From positions 1 through 13,436 of the forward strand of contig CAZHPN010000165.1 in the NCBI GenBank assembly GCA_964534375.1: a DNA stretch of 13,436 nt. The letters are read 5' to 3'. This DNA is from an uncultured bacterium (GTDB lineage Bacteria; Lernaellota; Lernaellaia; Lernaellales; Lernaellaceae). The position numbers and the translations under genes are program-made. Of the stretch, positions 1 to 9,830 are shown piece after piece. The notes below the pieces were generated by a model. The model had not been told where the DNA came from. It was given only the letters and a program-made list of their open reading frames with translations, and made no database searches. Within the stretch, counting starts at the first letter, position 1; each line of letters opens with the position of its first letter.

Positions 1-49
1 TCGGCTGAATCGCCGTCACGACGATAAAATTCACTTTATAGACAGTCTC

Positions 50-85
50 TATAGGTCGTATAGGTCCTATAGGTCCTATGGGCTC
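50..85. repeat. 9-bp tandem repeat (TATAGGTCS x3 plus one degenerate copy)
   Basis: tataggtcg 50-58, tataggtcc 59-67, tataggtcc 68-76, tatgggctc 77-85. Contains the palindrome CCTATAGG (66-73). Intergenic, downstream of the peptidase stop. Confidence 0.85.
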
Positions 86-141
86 CGTAGCGGCGCAAGA
101 CAAGTTATCATTTGCGATCGGCGAATTAAGAAGGCAGCCGC

Positions 142-1710
142 TTATTTCCCGCCGGTCAGGTACGCCAGCAACAATTTATTGTCATAACTCTTGTACCCGA
201 GCATCTGGGCCAATTCGGCGCCGCTGAGCTTGTTGGCGACGCTCCAGTATTGCGTCAGAAAAGCGCCCGACTTGGGATTTTCCCACCACACCGCGCCGAA
301 ATCGCGCGTCAGATGCTCGTTGAGCATGGCCTCGATGTGGAAGGCCTGCACGTAATCGGCGCAGTAGAGGAACGGATCGAGATCGGTCAGATAGCGCGTC
401 GATTCGTCGTCCGTCAGTTGGAAACCGTAGGCCTTGCTCAGCCAATATTGATAACGCTTCTGCGGATCGGGGACGCCGCGGTGAAATTCGGTTTCGAAGA
501 TCAACTTCGCCATGTAGCGCCGCGCCATGTAGAGGTTGGCGAGCATGACGTGGCGATGGAATTTCCGGCGCACGTCCGGCGGCATCGTCGTGTGCTTGAC
601 GAGCCACGCTTCGCGTTCCGGCAGCGATTCGAACGTGTAGGCGTAACCCTCGGTTACGGCGTTCGAGCCGAGTTGCTGGAACTCCCAAACCGGCGTCGTC
701 CCGTGCGAGAAATGCTGGGCATGGCCGAATTCGTGAAACAGCGCCTTGTAGTCGTTGTCGCCGCCGATCGGCTTGATCGACAGCCGCACGTCGTTCGGCA
801 CGCGGATCGGGAAGCAGACGGCGCGCGGGTTCTTCTTCGGCAGCGGCTCGGAATTCACGAAAATCTTCTTCCGCGCGTGCTCGCCCAGGCCCATGCCGTC
901 GAAAGTCGCGTAGGCCGTGGCCAGCAGCGAGTCGGCCGGGAAATAGGCGTCGTACTCTTTCTTGGCGAGCAGGCGCCCGACGTCGCTGCGGTGGAAATCC
1001 TTGCGCGGAATCGGGCTCACTTCGTCGAACAGCTTCAGGTACATCGCCTCGGACTGATCGAGAAATTGCTGCGCCTTGGCGTACAGGTCGTTCAGATCGA
1101 ACATGCGGTAGGCTACCGACAGCTCGAGATAGTCCTTGTAGCCCAGGTCCGTCGCCAGGTGGTGGCTGGTTTCGAAAATGCGCTTGCGGACGACCTCGTT
1201 GAGCAGGCGATAAATGCGGACTTCTTCTTTCGCCATCACCGCGCGTTTCGCCGGATCGGGCTCGTCGGCCAGCAGCTTGCTCAAATTGTGATAGGGGATC
1301 ATCTGGCCGTTCACCAGCACGGATTCGTTGGCCTGCAGATCGGCGTCGATATCCCAAAGCTGCGCGGTCTGCGCGCCGATGTATTCCGTTTCCAGATAGT
1401 GGAGGAAAAACGCCAGCGCCAGCCGTTGCTCCGGATTCGTTTCCTGCGCGCCCGCCGCCTTCACCTTGTCGATCGAGTCGCGGGTGAACAAATAGGTATA
1501 TTGCCGATAGAGCGCGTCCTGATCGCTGGCCTCGCCCAGCGCCCAGGTTTTCCAGGCCATCTCCGCCTGTTGCAGCACCAACTGCTCGGCGTCGGCCCGC
1601 AGTTGCGCAACGGTCTTGCCCGTCGCGGCCGGACCCGCGGAAAACGCCGTCGCCGCCAGCGCGGCCACGCCGATCAGGCAAGCGAAAACCACAATCAACG
1701 ACCGTTCCAT
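142..1710 (-). CDS. Secreted zinc metallopeptidase, gluzincin / M3 (oligopeptidase)-like, 522 aa
   Basis: HEXXH in ALFHEFGHAQH (nt 721-735), downstream third-ligand Glu in AVTEGYAYTFE, and KNPRAVCFP upstream as in M3-like enzymes. Hydrophobic N-terminal signal ending AFSA. SD AAGGAGG just upstream of the ATG. Confidence 0.8.
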   Translation of the reverse strand: MERSLIVVFACLIGVAALAATAFSAGPAATGKTVAQLRADAEQLVLQQAEMAWKTWALGEASDQDALYRQYTYLFTRDSIDKVKAAGAQETNPEQRLALAFFLHYLETEYIGAQTAQLWDIDADLQANESVLVNGQMIPYHNLSKLLADEPDPAKRAVMAKEEVRIYRLLNEVVRKRIFETSHHLATDLGYKDYLELSVAYRMFDLNDLYAKAQQFLDQSEAMYLKLFDEVSPIPRKDFHRSDVGRLLAKKEYDAYFPADSLLATAYATFDGMGLGEHARKKIFVNSEPLPKKNPRAVCFPIRVPNDVRLSIKPIGGDNDYKALFHEFGHAQHFSHGTTPVWEFQQLGSNAVTEGYAYTFESLPEREAWLVKHTTMPPDVRRKFHRHVMLANLYMARRYMAKLIFETEFHRGVPDPQKRYQYWLSKAYGFQLTDDESTRYLTDLDPFLYCADYVQAFHIEAMLNEHLTRDFGAVWWENPKSGAFLTQYWSVANKLSGAELAQMLGYKSYDNKLLLAYLTGGK

Positions 1711-1749
1711 GCGTCGCCTCCTTCTTTGGTCGAATGGTCTGGAAACCGG

Positions 1750-4032
<2,283 letters not shown>

Positions 4033-4089
4033 CAAGACACCTCGGTCATGCAATTTTATTCGACAACCGAGAGGTTAATGCGGTTTCCG

Positions 4090-4106
4090 AGCAAGGGCAA
4101 TGCCAG
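4090..4106 (-). promoter_or_regulatory. Putative sigma-54 (-24/-12) promoter of maeB
   Basis: Minus strand reads CTGGCATTGCCCTTGCT, i.e. TGGCA-N6-TTGCT with exact GG-N10-GC spacing, about 58 nt upstream of the maeB start. Confidence 0.65.
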
Positions 4107-4209
4107 CCGGGTCAAGCGCTGGAACAAGCGGCCTAAATTCTGACGCCAAATGATTTGTGCAAGCGCCTCCTGCGCAATTCGGCGGCTGATCCCGTGTCGG
4201 GGCGATTCC

Positions 4210-6246
4210 CTAATGTATCCGTTCGCCCGGCTTGCCGTCGGGCGCTTCGACCACGGTGATGTGCTCGCCCTTGCCCTCTTTCGCCTCGCCGACCGCGGCG
4301 GCCAGCATGCCCTCGGAGACGCCCCATTTCATTTTGCGCGGCGCGAGGTTGGCGACGCAGACGATTTTCTTGCCGACCAGCGTCGCCGGGTCGGCGGTCT
4401 GCTCGGCGATGCCGGCGAAGATGTTGCGTTTGCCGAGCGGGCCGAGGTCGAGCGTCAATTGCAGCAGCTTTTTCGCGCCGGGCACGCGGGCGGCGGCCTC
4501 GACGCGGGCGACGCGCAGGTCGATCTTGGCGAAATCGTCGATCGTGATTTCGGGCGACAGCGGCTCGAGTTTGAAATCGACCGCCGGCGCGGCCGGCTTC
4601 TCTTCGACGATCTTGCTGGCAGCGATGACAGCGTCGATCTGCTCGCGTTCGACCCGCTGCACAAGGTGCTTGAATTCCTTGACCGCGTGGCCGGCGGCGA
4701 GGTCGGCCTTCGCGTCGGCCCAGGCCAGCGGCGGCAGATTGAGCACGTCCTCGACGTCGGCCGCGAATTTCGGCAGCGTCGGCTTGAGGTAAACTGCGAG
4801 CAGTTTGGTCAGTTGAATCGCGGCGGTGCAGATGTCGCGCGCGCGAGCGGAATCGCCGGCCTTCAGCGCATCCCACGGCGCGGCGTTTTGCAGGTAGACG
4901 TTGCCCGATTCGGCGACGCGGCAGATGCGTTCGATTGCCTCGGCCAGGTCGCGTTTCTCGTAGGCGGCGGCGATGGCCTCGCCTTCCGCCTCGGCGGCGG
5001 CGATCATCGCGCGGGCGTCGTCCGGGGCGCGGCCGAGTTTGCCGTCGAGCCGCTTGCCGACGAAGCTGATCGACCGGCTGGCGAGGTTGACGATTTTGTT
5101 AACCAACTCGGCGTTCACGCGGTTGATGAAATCCTCGAACACCAGGTCGATGTCCTCGATCTTGCCGGAGAGCTTCGCCGCGTAGTAGTAGCGCAGGAAC
5201 TGCGGGTCGAGGTGGTCGAGATACGTGCGCGCGTTGATGAACGTGCCGCGCGACTTGCTCATCTTTTCGCCTTCGACGCGCAGGAAGCCGTGCACCACGA
5301 CCTGCTTCGGCAGATTCAGGTCGGCGACCATCAGCATCGCCGGCCAGAAAAGCGTGTGAAAATACAGGATGTCTTTGCCGATGATGTGGAAGATCTCGGT
5401 TCCCGGTTTTTCCCAGTAGTCGGCGACGTCGCGGCCGGCCTTGGCGCAGTAGGCCTCGGTCGCGGCGATATAGCCGATGGGCGCGTCGAGCCAGACGTAA
5501 AAGTACTTGTTGGTTTCGCCGGGAATCGGGAAGCCGAAATAGGGGCCGTCGCGGCTGATGTCCCAATCGCGCAGGCCCTCGCTGATCCATTTGTTGACGT
5601 AGTTGCTGACCTCGTCCTGCAAGTGGCCCTGCGTCGTCGTCCACTCGTGCAGCGGCTCGGCGAACTTGGCCAGTTCGAAAAACAGGTGTTCGCTGGAGTG
5701 CAGCACCGGGGTCGTGCCGCAGACGGAGCACGCCGGATTTTTCAATTCGGTCGGGCTGTAGGTCGAATTGCAGACCTCGCACACGTCGCCGTATTGGTCG
5801 GCCGCGCCGCACTTCGGGCACGTGCCGCGCACGAAGCGGTCGGGCAGGAACATCTTGTCCTGCGGGCAAAAGAGCTGCTCGACCGTGCGGCGGGCGATGG
5901 CGCCTTTGGCCTTCGCCGCCTGGTAAATGCGCTCGGACCACTTGCGGTTCTCGGGCGAATGCGTCGAGTGGTACATGTCGAACTGGATGTGGAAGTCCGC
6001 GAAATCCTTGGTGTGTTCCTTGTGGAAACGCGCGACCAATTCCTCGGGCGCAATGCCCTCTTTCATCGACCGCACCTGGATCGGCGTGCCGTGCGTGTCG
6101 TCGGCGCAAAGGTAGATCGCGTCGTGGCCGCGCATCTTCAGATAACGGACCCAAATGTCGGCGTAAATGTACTCCACCAGGTGCCCGAGGTGGATGCTGC
6201 CGTTCGCGTACGGCAGGCCGCAGGTCGTCAAAATACGTCGCGCCAT
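4210..6246 (-). CDS. metG: Methionine--tRNA ligase with C-terminal tRNA-binding (Trbp111-like OB) domain, 678 aa
   Basis: LPYANGSIHLGH (HIGH), DDTHGTPI, knuckle motifs CPKC/CEVC, DWDISRD, YVWLDAPIGY, IGKDILYFH, KMSKS. C-terminal ITIDDFAKIDLRVA...NLAPRKMKWGVSEGM. SD AAGGAG upstream. Confidence 0.98.
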   Translation of the reverse strand: MARRILTTCGLPYANGSIHLGHLVEYIYADIWVRYLKMRGHDAIYLCADDTHGTPIQVRSMKEGIAPEELVARFHKEHTKDFADFHIQFDMYHSTHSPENRKWSERIYQAAKAKGAIARRTVEQLFCPQDKMFLPDRFVRGTCPKCGAADQYGDVCEVCNSTYSPTELKNPACSVCGTTPVLHSSEHLFFELAKFAEPLHEWTTTQGHLQDEVSNYVNKWISEGLRDWDISRDGPYFGFPIPGETNKYFYVWLDAPIGYIAATEAYCAKAGRDVADYWEKPGTEIFHIIGKDILYFHTLFWPAMLMVADLNLPKQVVVHGFLRVEGEKMSKSRGTFINARTYLDHLDPQFLRYYYAAKLSGKIEDIDLVFEDFINRVNAELVNKIVNLASRSISFVGKRLDGKLGRAPDDARAMIAAAEAEGEAIAAAYEKRDLAEAIERICRVAESGNVYLQNAAPWDALKAGDSARARDICTAAIQLTKLLAVYLKPTLPKFAADVEDVLNLPPLAWADAKADLAAGHAVKEFKHLVQRVEREQIDAVIAASKIVEEKPAAPAVDFKLEPLSPEITIDDFAKIDLRVARVEAAARVPGAKKLLQLTLDLGPLGKRNIFAGIAEQTADPATLVGKKIVCVANLAPRKMKWGVSEGMLAAAVGEAKEGKGEHITVVEAPDGKPGERIH

Positions 6247-6281
6247 GGGCCGCTCCTTTTTCCCTGGGTCGAAGGCGCGTT

Positions 6282-6290
6282 TTTATAACA
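6282..6290 (-). promoter_or_regulatory. Putative extended -10 element for metG
   Basis: Minus strand TG-T-TATAAA, an AT-rich island in a GC-rich spacer about 36 nt upstream of the metG start. No convincing -35. Confidence 0.5.
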
Positions 6291-6384
6291 CGCCGCGCCG
6301 CGGCGAGAAAGGGTCGCGGCGGCGACCGCCGGGGCGAGCGGGCTTGCGACGCGCCGTGGCATTTGGGATGATTAGAATGTGAAA

Positions 6385-9300
6385 ATGAATACAAACTCAC
6401 GCGGACTCTGGCTTTTCGTCGCGCCGGCGCTCGCCGGCCTGTTGCTCGTTGCGGCCGGTTGCGCCGGGCCGGCGTACTCCGACATGGACGTGACGAAAGA
6501 CGTCGTCAAGTTCCACGGCGCCGGCTACGCCAACGAAAGCTGGTCAATGGCGGTCGCCGGCTTCAAGCCGCAGATGAATCCGGGCGACCAATTGAACTGG
6601 ACGGTCGCGTTCGACATGGAAGGCTCCGGCCTGTCGAAGGCGGTCGACCATGCGGAAAAATTCGCGCTGGCGCTGGCCGCCTACCGCATCGCCGACGCCG
6701 ACGGCCATTACCGCGACCCGCGCGCCTACCACTATTCCACGTTTCAAACGCCGTCCGGCCTGCCGGTGGAAGGTTTTCCGTACTTCATTCACAACAGCCA
6801 CGTCGGCGGGCCGTACAAGACGCCGCTCGATCATTTTCAAATCATCGCCAAAGAGGAATTGAAGCAGAAGAACGACGGCATTTCGTTCAAGCTGCCGGTG
6901 AATCCGAAGCTCGACGCCGATTTCCCCGCCGGCCTCTACCGCGTCGAGATCGCGATCTTCGGCTATGTGAACAACATGTGGTTTCCGATTCAGATCATCC
7001 AGGCGTCGGACGCGTCGGTCGGCGGCTGCCAGCCGGATTTCGAGGGGCTTGTTTTCCAGAAAAATCTGCTGCCGCCGATGACCGTGGGGAAAATCAAGCA
7101 GCCGCGGGCGATCTGGACGCTGTTCGCGAACAATCCGAACCTGGGCATCACCGGCGTCGTGGCCAAGGAAGACTCGCCGTACTTCGCGATGTCCAATCGA
7201 ACGCGCCTGCAGACCCGGTACATCGTGCCCTGCCGGCCGGAAGACGGCTGCGGCCTCGCGCTCGAACCGGATATGCCGACGAACTTCACGCAGGAGATCT
7301 TCAACGCGCGTTCTTTCCAGTACGCGATGATCGAGCCGGACTACACCAAGGGCTTCATGCAGGCGAGCGTCAAGGACCCGAACGGCGACGTGCGCGACTT
7401 CGGCAAGCTGCCGTTCGTCGGCAAGAAATGGAACGGACTCACGACGGGCAACGGGCCGAACGTCTGGTGCTCATTCAAACATTACGGCAAATATGAAATC
7501 TCCATGACCGGCGAAATGTACGACCGCTTCGGCAACCGCTACGAAGCCGGCGGCACGTACGAGGTCTGGGCGGCGATCCCGCTCACCTTCTCCACTGGCA
7601 TGAAACCGGGGAACCCGATATTCACCGGCCACTACTACCCCGTCGCGGCGACGATCAACCCGCCGGTGCCCGCCGACGTGACGGCGACCGTCACCTTCTA
7701 TCCGGCGTTGCACCCGAAAGATTCGGTCAAAACCGTGTACCACGGCAAGGCGCAGAAATTTGGCTATTACTTCCCCGACCCGTCGCAGAAGCCGTACGTG
7801 TTCAACGAGCCCGGCGAGTACCTGTTCGAGATTCTGGCGACGTACACCGACGAGGAAGGCCGCGTTTACATGGGCAACATGCGCAACGCCGGCGTGGTGA
7901 TGAACGAGAAGCCCGACATGGAAGTGCGCGGCCGACCGCCGCATTTTTACAATCGCAACTACGATCTGCTGTATCCGCTCGACGGCGGCGATACGGAACT
8001 CTATGGCACGATTCTGTTTCCGACGAAATCCGGCGACATGGTCTATTACCCCGGCTACGGCAACCCCAATCAGAACATTCAACCGGCAATGGCGCTTCAG
8101 GAGCCGACCGGCCATCTGCAGGACGTCATCGACAAGGAGTTTCCGCCGGGACTCATCAAGTTGTCGGACGACCTGACCAAAGTCGGCAACATTGGCGTGA
8201 TGTTTTCGCTGTTCCCGGGCTGCGGCCAGCCGGTGCGCTATTACGCGAACAATTATGAGACGCACGATTATCTGCCGCTGATGAGCACGACCTCGAAGGG
8301 CTATTCGCCGTTCGAGTTTCCGGAACTCGTCGACCGCCGCGGCTACTTCTACATCGCCGCCTCGCGTCCGGGGTTCCCGATCTTCTTCAACGTTTCGGAC
8401 ACCACGGTGTTCGACAACTACTGGTTCAACGAACGCGACAACTACTTCAACACGATCGGCGTTTCGATGCACGGCGATCAGCCGGGCGACATCAACTGGT
8501 CGGTGGCCACTGCCGTCTTCGCCGACCTGCCGATAAGAAAATCGTATTTCGGCATCTACGGCTCCGGCGCGGTCGCCTTGCGGCGCGGCGAACAAACCAA
8601 GTTTTTCGGCCCGCCGTTTGAGGAACCGGTGGCGAACATCAACGGCGTCGATCTGTTCATTTACGGCGGCGTCGGCCCGTCGCCGGGCACGATCTACGAA
8701 ACCGGCGCAATCAAGGGCCTCGGCTCGATTGCCGTGCCGATGGCGCCGCACGACGTGGAGATCGTCGTCAAAAAGCCGAACGGCGCGACGCAGGAATGCC
8801 GCGGCCGGGCGGACTTCATCGGCGATTTCAATTGCCCGACCGGGTCGCTGGTCTTCGATCAAGCGGGCGTGTACCGCGTGTACGCCAAATTCTCGAAGGG
8901 CCCGGCGACCGGCGAATGCGTCGGCGCGCGCGGCGGCTGGTACCAGGTCTATTCCGTGGAAAAGGACAGCCCGTATCAGGTGTACTTCGACTACTCGCTG
9001 ATGAAGCCGGTGGACATCAACGCCCCGCTGCGCGTCGGCGGACGCATCGAGCCGCCGTTGAAATCCGGCAAGTTTTATTATTCGGTGGTGACGCCCGGCA
9101 TTTTGATGGACGAGGGCGAGGGCGAGGTGCGCGACAACCGCTTCAGCTTCACGATTTATCCCGATCAACTCGCGGCGCAGTATCCGCACATCAGCGAAAT
9201 GGCGTCGCCGTTCTCGATGTTCTACATCGAAAGCAGTTGGCAGCGTTTCTATCGGTTGCTGAAAACCAACATCCGGACGCTGCTGACCAAACCCGGGATG

Positions 9301-9462
9301 GGCACGCGCGTGCTCACCAACATCGTCGAAATCGTCGCGTTCGTTCAGGGCGAAGACCAACTCGGCAAGCCGGCGACGGCCGGCGGCAAGTTCATTCTGC
9401 GCGGCCGGCGCGTCATTATCCCGCGCCAATTCCTCGAGGCCAAGGCCAATGCGGCTCGGTAA
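6385..9462 (+). CDS. Large predicted lipoprotein of unknown function (~1025 aa) with several Ig/macroglobulin-like beta-sandwich units
   Basis: Long ORF with strong GC3 bias and normal protein composition. Signal peptide with lipobox VAAG-C (Cys codon 6460-6462). Recurrent G.Y.V/F/I strands (AGLYRVEI, YGKYEISM, PGEYLFEI, AGVYRVYA). Start is ATG 6385 or GTG 6379. The fold call is inference. Confidence 0.85.
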   Translation: MNTNSRGLWLFVAPALAGLLLVAAGCAGPAYSDMDVTKDVVKFHGAGYANESWSMAVAGFKPQMNPGDQLNWTVAFDMEGSGLSKAVDHAEKFALALAAYRIADADGHYRDPRAYHYSTFQTPSGLPVEGFPYFIHNSHVGGPYKTPLDHFQIIAKEELKQKNDGISFKLPVNPKLDADFPAGLYRVEIAIFGYVNNMWFPIQIIQASDASVGGCQPDFEGLVFQKNLLPPMTVGKIKQPRAIWTLFANNPNLGITGVVAKEDSPYFAMSNRTRLQTRYIVPCRPEDGCGLALEPDMPTNFTQEIFNARSFQYAMIEPDYTKGFMQASVKDPNGDVRDFGKLPFVGKKWNGLTTGNGPNVWCSFKHYGKYEISMTGEMYDRFGNRYEAGGTYEVWAAIPLTFSTGMKPGNPIFTGHYYPVAATINPPVPADVTATVTFYPALHPKDSVKTVYHGKAQKFGYYFPDPSQKPYVFNEPGEYLFEILATYTDEEGRVYMGNMRNAGVVMNEKPDMEVRGRPPHFYNRNYDLLYPLDGGDTELYGTILFPTKSGDMVYYPGYGNPNQNIQPAMALQEPTGHLQDVIDKEFPPGLIKLSDDLTKVGNIGVMFSLFPGCGQPVRYYANNYETHDYLPLMSTTSKGYSPFEFPELVDRRGYFYIAASRPGFPIFFNVSDTTVFDNYWFNERDNYFNTIGVSMHGDQPGDINWSVATAVFADLPIRKSYFGIYGSGAVALRRGEQTKFFGPPFEEPVANINGVDLFIYGGVGPSPGTIYETGAIKGLGSIAVPMAPHDVEIVVKKPNGATQECRGRADFIGDFNCPTGSLVFDQAGVYRVYAKFSKGPATGECVGARGGWYQVYSVEKDSPYQVYFDYSLMKPVDINAPLRVGGRIEPPLKSGKFYYSVVTPGILMDEGEGEVRDNRFSFTIYPDQLAAQYPHISEMASPFSMFYIESSWQRFYRLLKTNIRTLLTKPGMGTRVLTNIVEIVAFVQGEDQLGKPATAGGKFILRGRRVIIPRQFLEAKANAAR

Positions 9463-9721
9463 GATTCTGCTGAATGTCGCCATTCTCGCGGCGTTGACGA
9501 TTCTGCCGTACTACGGCTTCCGCCTCTTTTGGCAGTACGCCGGCCCGGACATCGTCTATCGCACGGGATACTTGCTTTGGATGGCTTCGTCGCTCGACGA
9601 AACCAACAACCGCATGCGCGTGACCAACATCCAGCAAGTCGCTACGTTCGCGACGCCGATTCTGCTCGCGATTACGGGTTTCGGCTGGGGCGTGCTACGA
9701 TTTTTCAAGGTCAAGAAGTAG
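9449..9721 (+). CDS. Small membrane protein, 90 aa, about two TM helices
   Basis: Start overlaps the lipoprotein end by 14 nt, with GAGG at 9436-9439. Hydrophobic segments ILLNVAILAALTILPYYGF and FATPILLAITGFGWGVL, and basic termini (MRLGK, FFKVKK) fit the positive-inside rule. Confidence 0.7.
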   Translation: MRLGKILLNVAILAALTILPYYGFRLFWQYAGPDIVYRTGYLLWMASSLDETNNRMRVTNIQQVATFATPILLAITGFGWGVLRFFKVKK

Positions 9722-9830
9722 TGGTCAGTGGCCAGTGGTCAGTGGCCAGTTGCGCGGCATGAGCGAAAGGACGCTCCGCGTCCTGTGATTGGCGAACTGC
9801 TTGTTGCCGGCCGCCACTGACCACTACTTC
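9715..9830. repeat. 116-bp palindromic element: 18-bp perfect terminal inverted repeats, heptamer array and central hairpin (possible bidirectional terminator or REP-like unit)
   Basis: GAAGTAGTGGTCAGTGGC (9715-9732) is the exact reverse complement of GCCACTGACCACTACTTC (9813-9830). AGTGGYC heptamers x4 at 9720-9747. Central AGGACGC-TCC-GCGTCCT at 9768-9784. Confidence 0.85.

Noticed and set aside
4033..4053. ORF-track N-terminal extension of maeB (MHDRGVL)
   Set aside because: It contains the SD GAGGTG correctly spaced for ATG 4032, and MaeB similarity begins at [12 protein letters not shown].
6385..9462. Lipoprotein as a canonical alpha-2-macroglobulin or a multihaem cytochrome
   Set aside because: No CxEQ thioester motif, shorter than typical bacterial macroglobulins, and no CxxCH motif.
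7471..9483. 670-aa - strand ORF and the 345/225-aa alternate + frames
   Set aside because: Shadows of the lipoprotein gene, with biased composition and no start signals.
9715..9830. CRISPR array (also considered for the repeat at 50-85)
   Set aside because: Units are 7-9 bp and contiguous, with no unique spacers and no cas genes.
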